The notes beneath the pieces are model-generated. The model did no database searches, was not told the origin of the DNA, and worked only from the letters and a program-made list of their open reading frames with translations. The position numbers and the translations under genes were made by a program. A stretch of DNA of 64,000 nucleotides from Amoebophrya sp. A120 (lineage: Eukaryota; Protista; Dinoflagellata). Shown piece by piece: positions 13,382 through 24,388 of this stretch (position 1 is the stretch's first letter; each line of letters begins with the position of its first letter). The stretch covers positions 3,153,675 through 3,217,674 of the forward strand of contig CAJINV010000001.1 in the NCBI GenBank assembly GCA_905178155.1. Direction: 5' to 3'.

Positions 13382-14104
13382 TTTTTTTTTGGAAGAAAAG
13401 AAAAGAACGGCTAGTACAGAAGCTACTCTAGAAACTTCTCAAAATGTAAGCTGCCATAAAACTTCGACTCCACTGAACGAACAAGATTTCTATAAATCTC
13501 TCAAAAAATCCCCAACCCCTACATTACCGCTGCAGAAAAACCAACGCTTCAACTTCGCCGCGGAAGGGCACACAGCCTAAACCGGCTCGGTGCCTCCCCG
13601 TTCTCAGGACTTTTGATTTTGATTCTCAATTGTGCCAATCGTCATTAACTCCGTACATTTTTGGGCAGACAGACAAGTTGTGAAAATTGTCAGTACGCAG
13701 CGGCAATGGAATCTTACACATTAGACGGAGTGGTTATTCATTTTCAGTATTGTAAACGCGAACGAAGTACAATGACCTCGACCGGTAAATTTCGAAAAGA
13801 TAGAATTCGGAACTGTATTCTCAACGTAACCCTAAGCAGTAGTATGTATGATGTGTTTTTGTGGTCGGAAAAAAGGCTTAATGTGAAAAAGGAAAAGCTA
13901 CTTGCTTCTAATTTTTGTATTGAGTTGTATTCGTTTCGACAGATGATGCGAAGAGTGTTTAGTCCTTTCTAGCTTCAAAATGATCAAAAGGATCCAAAAC
14001 GGCAACATGGAAACGGTTTTTTTTTCTTCTGGGTGAAAGTTTATTTTTCATCAGATGCTGGTAGTGGTTTCGGAAGAAATTATTCTTCTCAAAGTACCTC
14101 AGTG

Positions 14105-17100
14105 TCAGTACAACAACCTGGCTCCCCGTTCGTTTCGCGGTGTTTTTCCCATGAACAGTGGGGGGTCTTTCTTCTCGTTGTAGGCTTCGTAGACTTGCAA
14201 CTGGAAGTCCTCGAAAAGGTCGTTGCATCGCTTTCGCCCCTCATCATCTTTCTCGAATCCGGCTGTGGCGGATGAGCAGGGAATGCCGAAGGACGCAGAG
14301 AGAATCGCGGGGCTCGTTGAGCGCGCGATGGGTTCGCAGTGGATCATGCATCTAGGCGTGTGCTGAATAGTTGTGTGCTGCACACAAGACCTTCTACGCT
14401 GGTATTCCTGCGGCATCACCCTCGATGCGCTTCCAGTTCCATTCCACCTTCTGGTCTGCTGTATCCGCTCGCGACGCATCTCTCGCAGCTTCCTGTTCGC
14501 GAGTCTTACGGCCCGCATCCTGGACTTTGAGAGGGTTCTTTGCATTTTCATCGGTCGTTTGTCATTTTTGGCTAAAAATTCCGCCACCTGCGGGTTTTCT
14601 CGGTCGAACTGCGCGTGTTGCTCGGGAGGAACGGGGACAGAAAAGGGCCGGTCTACTTGCTGTTGAGCGTCATCGCTGGAGAAAGGTGTCTCTCCTGAGG
14701 CTGAGTCAGAATCTTTATCCTCGTCCGCGGCGGCACTGCTAATCTGTTCATCACTCGTCTCGGCCATGTCGCTGCCCGAAGCGTCGTATGGTTCTTCTTC
14801 TTCTTCGCGTGGTGCTCGTAGTTCTGCTGTGTTCCTTACAGACCGTCCGCGGGCAGAGAGTTTCTTTTTCTCTCGACTCCTCCCTGCTCCTGTGGGTGGG
14901 CTGTAAGGAGCAACTACAGAAGTAGTTGGTGCATCAGGAGAACAGCAGCTATCCCACGGCGCGAATAACTCCGGCATTTGTTCTGTTATCAACTCTTGCA
15001 TCGTTTTATCCATGTCCCGCCCACTGCAGCCGCAAACCCGTTTCCGCGCCCGGAACATCTCCAGCGGGGAAGAGGCTACACAGTTCGGAGAGTAACACTT
15101 GGGACCGATGGAAGCCAGTTGCAACACGTCCCGGAAAAACCGGTAGACTAGATGCTGGCAACTGTTGTGCGCCATATGGTAGCAACCGTTGCTTTGTGGG
15201 GCGGTGTCTTTATTACGCTGCTGCTGTTGCTGCTGCGGGTGAGGACTACCGTTTGTTCCTTGTCCTTGGCTCTTGTCATGATTCCCCTGCTGCGCCACCT
15301 GGCGGATGAGATCCGGTAGTCTGTCCATCTCAATTTCTTCTTCACCAAATGAAAGCGCATCGATAGCTGCAGCGGAGGAGATACAACTTGGCATCTCTTG
15401 TGGCAGCTCAGGCTCTTTGAAGTACCCGGCGATCTTTGTTTCCTGCAGAAACCAGGTGAAGAACTTTTTCTTATCGAGTCGCACGCCATCGTACCGCAAA
15501 TTCCGGCTTAAATACGGCGGCAGCCACTCCATCGGCGTGACTTCCTTCGCCTGGGGGTAGTGCAGAAAATCGGTCTCGAAAGCCTCCGCGCGCTGGAGAA
15601 ATTCCTGTTCCTCCTTCTTCTCCATCTCCCTTTGAATCCGGCTCTGTTGCCAGGAAAACCGCGGATCGGCGTTTTTCTTCACGGTGGTGTCCTTCCTACA
15701 GCCGTGCGGTGGCGACCTCGTGACGACCACCTCGCCAGAAGCGAGCTTCTCGATTCTGACACTAATGATCTCTTCTTCAATCTGCTCAAAATCCTCGATG
15801 CTACGGGGGAGGGTCGTGTTCAAATCATCGTTGAATTGTTCTTCGTTTTGCTCCAACGGTTCTTTTTCGTTCTTACTCTCCTTCAACTTCGCCTCCGTCA
15901 TTTTTGTGCTGAACGCCTTAGGCGGTGCCGGAGCTCCTGCGAGCTCCCGATGCTCCGGAATCGGCTCTACCGGCGGCGGGGAGGCAGATTCAAAAGTAGC
16001 TTCGTCACTCCCCATCGCAGCAGCACCTGATTGCGCCTGCCCAAGCAGGATCGAGTTGGATCGGCTGCGACAATTGTAGTCCGTGCTGGTTGCCACAGTC
16101 GAGCAGGTCGAGTTGGACCGAATGCGCAGGTCCCGCAGCTTCTCTGAAATTTCTTCGGTGGTAACCAAGACCGCGTCCTCTCCGTCCAACAAACCATTGT
16201 CCGATTCGTCGGTGCCTGGTTCCTGTAGCAGCTCTTCGGAACGTGCGACAGGAACAGCGGGGAGAGTTGTTGCACTTGTTACGCCAGTTGTTGCATCTCC
16301 ATGTTCATGTTCCTCTTTCCCAGCACCAGTAGCAGAAATGGAGGCGGAACAAGCAGGCTGAACACTCTCCGTCTGTAGTTCATCTCGCAGTGAACCACCC
16401 TCCTCCTGCCTTTTCTCCTCCAACATCTTGGCGACGTCTGCCTGGCTCAGCAAATAACGCGACTCCCCGACCATAGGGTCCTTCATTTCCACGTCTTCCC
16501 TTTCTTGCGTGAAGACCGGGGAGAAAATCCCCGTGGATGTGCGAAACTGCAGGATCAAGGCCCAGTGAAAAAGTTTCGATTTGTCCTGTGCGGACACCAA
16601 CATGTTTCCCAACCCGGATAGTTGTATCGGCGAGGCGATGATTTTCGCGCTGGTTAGCAAACCCGTGTCTACTAACTCACCCAACTCCTTCGTCGACATG
16701 GGAAACTGCAGATTGTGCTTCGTCGCATTGGACTGCGGCTGGCTCCCGCTGGTGGCCTTCGTTGCCCGGATGAGAGAACTCTGGTTCGGATCATCTTCGG
16801 GGTAGTTGTTAAAAGAAGTGTTGACGCCGGAAATGTTTCGGCAAGTGGCGTTCAGTCGTTCGCAGAAGGATGCAGTGCATGATGCTGGTGCACCGGTGGC
16901 ATTTGCATTCGCATTGTAATCAACAGCATTACTCGCGCCACTCGCTGCGGCACCACCGGCGGTCGCTCCAATCAAGCCTGCATCCTCAGCCAGCTCGACG
17001 ACCGCATCAGCCGCGCCGCCGATGAAGCTGAGATTAGTTCTGGGTGTGATGATTGGGACGTGATTTTGCCGACTTGCATGTGCATTGCCAGGAGCAACGA

Positions 17101-18241
17101 CACCACCGTCAGTCACCGGTCTGCTCCCCGGTCTGTTCGTTCCGAGCGCTGCGAAGTAGTCGTCAACCACGTCGAAGCGTTGTGCGAAATCATGTTCTGC
17201 CCTCACTTCCGGCGGCTCGTCCCCCAACACATGATCTTCGTAAGCACCACCCGTAGAAGTTCCTCCCATGGCGATCCACGATTCGCGTGCATCCCGCAAA
17301 TAGGCCTGCACCTCTGCATCCGTCTTCGGAATCCCGTTCTCCAGACTCTTCTTCAATATGACCCGGTATTCATGTAATCTTTGTTGCGGACACCGCCTCA
17401 GCCGCTGCTCCGCCCGCCGGGCCAGGCGCAAGCTGTTCGCCAGTAGTTGAGGGTCATCTACTTGCTGCGCTAGCTCGGCAGCTACAATGTTGTCCAGAAT
17501 CGTGTCAAAGTCGTCGTCTGTTGGACCGTTATTTGCAGGACCACTCTGCCGGTTCTCCATGGTGCGGGACGCGAGGAGGGACTTGTGGTGCAGTCGCTTC
17601 ACACGCCCGTTAATTCCGCAGGTGAACAATAACACCAAATCCTCATGCAATCTCAGAAACATCTCGGCCGTCTGGGTCATAATGCTGTTGCCCGGAGTCG
17701 GGTTTTGATTGTTGTGCTGGTCCTGGTTGTGGTTCGACGAGTTATAATTTGTGGGCCTAGCCCTAGGTGAAATCAGTTGCTCATTATTTGCGTTCATCAG
17801 CAAATCTCCAGCTCCACTTCCCAGTGCCCCGTTGCTGCCACTTGCGCTTCCCCCTGCAGCTCCTTCGTTCGACGTTGTCGTTGTTATACTTTTACCACCA
17901 GAAGGAGCCATGCTAGTATCCATGTCCTTGTCTAACCCAGCAGGTCCTCCTGCTCCGAAGGTCGGATTATGGTGAAGCAGCAGCGCGACGTCGTCATACG
18001 CTCCCAGCTGTGCCAGCACCTCCGGCGAGTACAACTCTCTGCTTTTGAATCTGCTCATGGTCTTCGCTGAGTGCGGAGGTACCACGGCTCGATGGTGTCG
18101 TGGTGCGAACTTGCTCCTCAGCGGGCCGTTGCTTGTTGTACCACCTAATGTCCTCCGGGTGGAAAGCGTAACTGCATCGCTCTCCTGACTGCTGAACAGG
18201 AGGCCCGCGAGCAGCACGCTGTGAAAGAAAAAGCGGCACAT
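14105..18241 (-). CDS. 1378-aa signal-peptide protein, possibly with a split permuted-papain (PPPDE/LRAT-like) catalytic core
   Basis: Uninterrupted ORF, hydrophobic N-terminus; FHWALILQF and YHMAHNSCQHLVYRFF motifs. Function call is tentative. Confidence 0.7.
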   Translation of the reverse strand: MCRFFFHSVLLAGLLFSSQESDAVTLSTRRTLGGTTSNGPLRSKFAPRHHRAVVPPHSAKTMSRFKSRELYSPEVLAQLGAYDDVALLLHHNPTFGAGGPAGLDKDMDTSMAPSGGKSITTTTSNEGAAGGSASGSNGALGSGAGDLLMNANNEQLISPRARPTNYNSSNHNQDQHNNQNPTPGNSIMTQTAEMFLRLHEDLVLLFTCGINGRVKRLHHKSLLASRTMENRQSGPANNGPTDDDFDTILDNIVAAELAQQVDDPQLLANSLRLARRAEQRLRRCPQQRLHEYRVILKKSLENGIPKTDAEVQAYLRDARESWIAMGGTSTGGAYEDHVLGDEPPEVRAEHDFAQRFDVVDDYFAALGTNRPGSRPVTDGGVVAPGNAHASRQNHVPIITPRTNLSFIGGAADAVVELAEDAGLIGATAGGAAASGASNAVDYNANANATGAPASCTASFCERLNATCRNISGVNTSFNNYPEDDPNQSSLIRATKATSGSQPQSNATKHNLQFPMSTKELGELVDTGLLTSAKIIASPIQLSGLGNMLVSAQDKSKLFHWALILQFRTSTGIFSPVFTQEREDVEMKDPMVGESRYLLSQADVAKMLEEKRQEEGGSLRDELQTESVQPACSASISATGAGKEEHEHGDATTGVTSATTLPAVPVARSEELLQEPGTDESDNGLLDGEDAVLVTTEEISEKLRDLRIRSNSTCSTVATSTDYNCRSRSNSILLGQAQSGAAAMGSDEATFESASPPPVEPIPEHRELAGAPAPPKAFSTKMTEAKLKESKNEKEPLEQNEEQFNDDLNTTLPRSIEDFEQIEEEIISVRIEKLASGEVVVTRSPPHGCRKDTTVKKNADPRFSWQQSRIQREMEKKEEQEFLQRAEAFETDFLHYPQAKEVTPMEWLPPYLSRNLRYDGVRLDKKKFFTWFLQETKIAGYFKEPELPQEMPSCISSAAAIDALSFGEEEIEMDRLPDLIRQVAQQGNHDKSQGQGTNGSPHPQQQQQQRNKDTAPQSNGCYHMAHNSCQHLVYRFFRDVLQLASIGPKCYSPNCVASSPLEMFRARKRVCGCSGRDMDKTMQELITEQMPELFAPWDSCCSPDAPTTSVVAPYSPPTGAGRSREKKKLSARGRSVRNTAELRAPREEEEEPYDASGSDMAETSDEQISSAAADEDKDSDSASGETPFSSDDAQQQVDRPFSVPVPPEQHAQFDRENPQVAEFLAKNDKRPMKMQRTLSKSRMRAVRLANRKLREMRRERIQQTRRWNGTGSASRVMPQEYQRRRSCVQHTTIQHTPRCMIHCEPIARSTSPAILSASFGIPCSSATAGFEKDDEGRKRCNDLFEDFQLQVYEAYNEKKDPPLFMGKTPRNERGARLLY

Positions 18242-19479
18242 ATTTCTGTCGCGCCGAGCGGCTCCTTGTTGGATGATCGTAGCAAATTTTCAAATAGAAT
18301 TCAGCTTGCAATATGAATGGCTTGTTCGGTCATGTCGGCGCATTCTATTGTATAAATCTGCTTTAAGTCATGCTCTTGAGTAACGAATGCTACATCAGAA
18401 GTCAACGATGCTGCAAGCACACTCGCGAAGGCTGGTTGGTATAATCGCTGTCGGAGGGTCCGTCGAGACAGATGTGATGATCAAAAAGGAAATGGAAAAC
18501 GAGAATCTTCAAAAGTCGAAAGAGGGAGAAACAAGTAGAAGCAAAACAATGCAAAAAATAATCAAAGAACTTTCACCGTGAGAAGATCAGATTCTTGATC
18601 TAGTGGAATCTCTATGTATCTGAATCGGACCGCTGCGAGCTGCGACGAAAAGAAATAAAGGGTCTTCAACAAAGCAAGATCTTCTTCAGAACATCACGGA
18701 ATCGCTTTTCACTAAGATTCCAGGCGGCACTTTCCGGTAGAACTCTGCATTTTCTTTTTGTCGTAGGTCGCGGAAACTTTACGGAGCTCCATCCATGCCT
18801 GCAGGAGAAACGCGGTTAAGTCTCTGAGATCACTGAAACGCGGTTTGTTCTCACCAGGGGAAATGTCGTTTTTACTAGCCGGGCGGCCTTGAACTTACTT
18901 TGTATACAGTTGCGAGGAGATTCATTTCCTACGTTACGTAGCTAGTAGAGGGCGCCGCTCTACAGTTACGTTATCCACCAGGGAAGAAAGAGAACGTGTC
19001 CATATTGGGTAGCGCATGAAAATTGCGGGTAATTTTCATACAAATTTTGTTGTATACAGATTAAGCTGAAGACTCTTCGTGATCATATTCAAATTCAGAG
19101 GTGGAGTTCAAGTTCAACAACAAATAACTCAGTCGTTACTTGTAGTTTGTTCGTGGTCCACCTCTTTGAAGCCATGGCATGGGAAGATTGAGAGAAGACC
19201 TACGGAGCAGGTAGGCTTCCATGGTGCGGGAAGATTGTTGGTGTCAAAACATTCTACAGGGATGTTGGTGCAGCTGCTGGAGGTTGTACTCAGTCATGCT
19301 ATACCGGGTTCTGTTTTTGTACATAAGTATAAACAAACAAGAACTAGATCTACATAGAGGAAGTCGCGATTGAAAAATTATGTACAATAATGCGCTTTCG
19401 AAAAAAGATACCAAAATTCTGATTTTTTACTTTCGGTATACTAATCTGCTTTTCGCCTCCTCGCCACCATCCTCCATCC

Positions 19480-20633
19480 TCACGCGTCTGCCCCGCCGGC
19501 GGCGCCTCCGAGCGCTAGAATGCCGCTGAGGGTCAAAAAACCCATGACGACGAACCGTGAGCCCTCGCCCAGCACCTTGACCTTCGCGTTCAAGAGGCCG
19601 CGCAGTGATTCCCACGTGGTTTTCGGTTCCACAGTGACGATGGCGACCTCACCACCGATTTCCGCAATTTGGAACAGCTCTGGCGCGATGGCGGTAATCT
19701 TTCCCAGGCTCTCCACGGTCAGACTCCCGTGAACCGGGATCTCGCGCTCCCTGCCCCGCTGCTTCATCCACGTGCGGATACCTAGCGTTTATTTGGTTTC
19801 AGATTTCTTTTAATTTTCGAAGCATTTCGTGAGGTACTACTACTAGACCGTGGACAGACACAAAGTCAGAGTAATTATGCCTTGTTACATGTATAAAGCG
19901 CATATCGTATTATAGGTGGCTGTATTTGAAAAATACATAAATATGTTCATGTTATTCAGTCGCAAGAGATAGAGATACACAAAAAACTGTTGTACCTTCT
20001 GGCAAATCTGAAAGCAGCACTGGAGACCACGTTTCGTCGAAATCGGTGCTACTTATGTAGCAGGCCGGCTTCATTGTCACGGATTTCTCGTCCACTTTGG
20101 TGATTTTGTGGCTTCCGATGAGAGGGAACCCCGAGACCTGTTTGTTGGTGTGCTTATTTTCGCATTTGTTTTCATTGCACACGGACAAGCTACAACGAGC
20201 TCCTCATGCAATTTACTTTTTTTTTACTTTTTCGATGCAAAACTACACAAAAAAATGCTTTGATAGCAAGACCTGCTAGCTGCATCATTCACAGACTTGT
20301 TCCAACCACAACCAAAAAATATACTCGTATGCTTTTCGCTTCCTCGGGGGAGATGACGGTTCCGAGAAGCGCATTGTTCCCGAAAGTTGTTGTAGCTGAG
20401 GACGAGGATGACCCAGCAGTTTTGGCCACGCCTTTCGCTTCTATGTCCAGTAGTTTTGGCCACGCCTTGACGAGATCCGGTTTGCTCAGCGTCAGAGTGG
20501 AGGATTTGTCAGGGACAAACTCCGCGTAAAGGTGAAGCCCCGTGCAGGAAGGTCGCTGGAAGACGTCGAACATGGAGATCCCCGAATTGTTCCCGATCAG
20601 GAAACCGATCACGGAAACGAGCATAGACAACAT
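19480..20633 (-). CDS. Hypothetical membrane protein, 3 exons
   Basis: GT-AG introns 20138-20324 and 19782-19995 join three short ORFs in phase; hydrophobic segments at both ends. Confidence 0.7.
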
Positions 20634-22168
20634 GTTTTGCCTAGGGTTCTATTGTCTGCAATGCTAGAGATACTCAGGTACGAGGTTGAGTATCGCCTTC
20701 GAGTTCGATCGGGCGTTCGAAAAAAATACACTGCAGGCAAGCGGTAACTGTGACTGTGATGGGTCACTTCGTGTTCGTCTTCATGCTGTGTTGTACTATG
20801 AATGCTCAACAAGTCGTTCGGTAGGCGTTCTACGTACTGCCACAACTACCCGGAGCATAGCTGATGATCACTTACTTTCGTTTTATTTTTCCCGTAAACG
20901 AATACGAGACAAATCGTAGTGATCGAGAGAAATGAATTCTGAGCGAATTCGCTTTTCTTGTACGACGTGCGACGATACTAGATGTTGAGGTTGTACGAAA
21001 TCAATGCGCGCGAAAAATGCCAGCCGTGTGGCGTACGAAAAAGTTTTTACGATGATGCTGTTCTTGGGTGCTATTTGTCAAAACTAGAAAAACGATAGAG
21101 ACTACTCAAGAGTGGAATCTTCCTCTTGTCTTCATACGATTTGGCGCAAAAAGGGGAATGTAACTCAAAAATGGGGAAATGTTCGGATTTTTTCTTCGTC
21201 GAGATTAAGCACGGAGCCCTGGATCTGGAATTCTATGGCACAGGAAAAATGGGACGAAGATGCGGACGAAATCATTGCCATTCGCAAATGGTGCAACGTT
21301 CTTCTCGATTTACAGACTTCTTTTTCTCGTTTCTCTGACTCATCAAGCTTGCTCTACTTTCCATGCGTTTACAAAACACCCATATTTTGACCGATCTGTT
21401 GACTGTCAGATTTAGTGGATCTTCCATCTGCCATTTCAATAACGACATTTTTATCCTCCGATAATTTCATGGCGTGTTCTCCAGCAGATTCAGGACAATC
21501 TCAATGTCTACTTTCCAGAGGACAGACCGATTTCGCGAAAATGAGAGGACCGATCTTCAACTTCCACGGGGACAAAGGGAACAATTACAATACAATTTCG
21601 ACATGATATTGTCTGCGCTTAGGGTTAGGTGCGTACTTACTTGCTCCGCACATTTGTGATTTTTGCTCTACCTCGGCTGGAGAAGGAATCAGGAAGGGAA
21701 AATTTGGCTCTCCATACGAAATCTAGTATTGAATTTTCTGCTTGTTTCAGTTAGTGAAGGGCGGGGGTAGCGCTGAAGCATTTTCTAATTTTGTACACAA
21801 CGAACGACATTCCGATTCTATGAAAAGTACGTCAATAATGCAACTGAAACTGATAAGATATTGAATAAAACCGAAAGTTGTTGTTAGTTTGTGACTAGAT
21901 GACGTCTAACAAGACGATCACGATCGTTTTTTCATCTCAAGCCGCGAAAATTTGTGACTTCATTCTGTTCATTGATAAATCGAGCTGGTTACGGTCGTGT
22001 GGTGTCTGCAATAAAGTGAAAGTAGTTTTTCTTTTTCAAATTCAACGCGAGAGTGTATCGATCTCATTGACTTCATCTCGCAGCAACTGCAATTAATCTC
22101 CTAACCCGCTGATGAAAAGCTATTAGACAACGAAACGGAAACCCTTCAAGCAAGATTGCTGTGGGTGC

Positions 22169-23563
22169 TTACTGTTCAAATCCAGCAGCACTCAGCAAGT
22201 ACTGAAACACGGAGCTACCGGAATCGGTCGAAGGGTCGGCATTGGAGAACTCGGCCTCGTTTGCTGGTTCCGGAGTGGGACACGACGGCGCGGGATTCAC
22301 CAGAGCGGGAACGAACAAAACGATCAGTACCGACAAGACGATCCCGGACCAGAACCCGAAGGCGTAAGTGTTCAACCACTGAAAATTGAAGACACGGGTC
22401 CAGAAGGTTTCCGAATCCACAGCCAGCGTCCCCGCCGCGGAGTCGTCGTTCTCGTCGTCGTGGTTGTCATCGTCCTGCTCCTTCATGTCGCCGTCACCAC
22501 CCTCCACACCATCAACATCGCAGATCGGATCCGTACCTGTGTTTCGCACATGCGCAGTGGAACCTGTTCCACAGCCCGTGTTTCTGGTCTGAATCGGAAC
22601 ACTGGGATTCCGCGTCACAACCCGATCAGTTCCGATGCGCACATTCCGGGTTTCAATTCGGTCCGTTTCGGTACTTGCGTGGTTGGTTTGGATGGTAGGC
22701 ACATTAACACGATTAGTTGTTGAAGTTGATGTTGCGTTGGCATCTATTACTGGGCGATCATTATCCGTAGAAGATGACGAGGCAGCAGCAAGGGACGAAG
22801 ATCCAGCACCGCTTCCACTGGCATTCGCTGCACTACTGCTACTGCTGGTGGTAGAGGTGGTAGTGCTTCTCTTCCTTCTTGTTTCTTTACTGCTTGTTGC
22901 TGCTGCCGCAGACAGCACCAACTTGGGTCTTGCTTTTACGCATGGGTCGAACATAAGAGCAAAACATCCCGATACGGAGCGGTCGAGATAAGACAAGTAC
23001 TTCGAACGAGACTCAAAAAGGCGCTCGTCCAAAATCTTGTTCAACTTCCTTGCTAATTGCTGCAGTTCCTTTTTTTTCTCCTGGAGTAAAGCAACGGCGC
23101 CGCCGTCCCACTTACCGAAAACTCCGATGTTGTGCAGCTCTTTGCCCTTTTCTTCGTTTTCGATGTATATATTCAGGTCAATGACACCATCTGCTAGTTC
23201 CCGACAAAAGGCTCCAGAAGCCGCAAACTTCACGCGAAGAATCCAAGAAGACAGATCCGCCTCCACAGTGGTACTACTGCCTGCACTAGGTGCGAATATG
23301 TGGTTTGTGTGTTTACGTTTTTCAGCCGCGTCTCTTGCGATGACGAGGCTCTTCCTTAATGCTCCATTTCGACGAGCTGCAGAGCGCTCCACTATTTCTT
23401 TCCACTCCGGAGTCGGTCGGATCGTCGACGTCTGGCCTGGTGGCACTTTCTGGTCCACCAGAGCACAAAACTCATCCACTTCACGCAACGCGTCCCGCAC
23501 TAGGTTCAACACGACATCGTCGATCTCGGTGACCGCGAGCGGTTCGGTGTCGGGTTCTTGCAT
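22169..23563 (-). CDS. Hypothetical protein with C-terminal membrane anchor; paralog of 24389-26164
   Basis: 464-aa ORF starting MQEPDTEP; helical domain, S/T-rich linker, TM segment. Confidence 0.8.
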   Translation of the reverse strand: MQEPDTEPLAVTEIDDVVLNLVRDALREVDEFCALVDQKVPPGQTSTIRPTPEWKEIVERSAARRNGALRKSLVIARDAAEKRKHTNHIFAPSAGSSTTVEADLSSWILRVKFAASGAFCRELADGVIDLNIYIENEEKGKELHNIGVFGKWDGGAVALLQEKKKELQQLARKLNKILDERLFESRSKYLSYLDRSVSGCFALMFDPCVKARPKLVLSAAAATSSKETRRKRSTTTSTTSSSSSAANASGSGAGSSSLAAASSSSTDNDRPVIDANATSTSTTNRVNVPTIQTNHASTETDRIETRNVRIGTDRVVTRNPSVPIQTRNTGCGTGSTAHVRNTGTDPICDVDGVEGGDGDMKEQDDDNHDDENDDSAAGTLAVDSETFWTRVFNFQWLNTYAFGFWSGIVLSVLIVLFVPALVNPAPSCPTPEPANEAEFSNADPSTDSGSSVFQYLLSAAGFEQ

Positions 23564-24388
23564 GTCTGTTCTTCAAATCGATGCAAGAAAGTGTGAGGCT
23601 GCGGAACGAACTTGGATTCGTAAAGAGACAGAGAGACAAATGAGGCAGAGAGTATCGATGATTTCTTTCTTACTTTAGCTTCTTGAGTAAGTAAATTGCA
23701 AAAAACATTCGTAGAAAACTCCACCTAAGTCGTCCAAGGCGTGAAACATTGGATTTTGTTTTTGATTGTTGGCACCGTACAACAATTCGATGGAATGGAA
23801 ATCAAAGCTTGTGGTGCTCACCCTCACGAGGATCGTTCATCCATGACTTGATCGACTTATCGCAGTTCTCGAGACGTCTTCATCCTGTCTGCCCAGTTCG
23901 TTGCTTCGTGACGACACGACGAGGAAGCGACAAACACGAAGCGAACAATACGATTACGATTTCGCATAAGCAGTGCGATTCTGATTCCGACACGAGTACA
24001 TCTAGACCGAGGAAAGAAGCAACGATTCGAAATAGAGTCAGGCGAAGGAAGTAGGAGGTGTACTACGAGAGATAAACGCACGAGAAGATCTAAGAAGGAG
24101 AAGCTGCTTTCGAATCGACGACAAACATAGTTGGAGATCTTGATAGAACAGGGCGACTGCTGCATCTTTGAAAAAGTGAAGCTGCAGCTGAATGCGCATC
24201 GATCATGTCACAAAGTACAGTCACTGTTGAACCATCGAAGAGACATCGCACCCTGAACCACTTACAACACTTTCGAAAACTTATTCACGTTCACGAAAGC
24301 CATGATTCCCAATAGTTTTTTTTACTGTTTGGGGGTCTTCCAGCATACCGGGGAGTCACGAATCTGCAATGTGAATGTACATCAAGAT

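Noticed and set aside
21619-21630. Telomeric repeat TTAGGGTTAGG
   Set aside because: Under two units; expected by chance.
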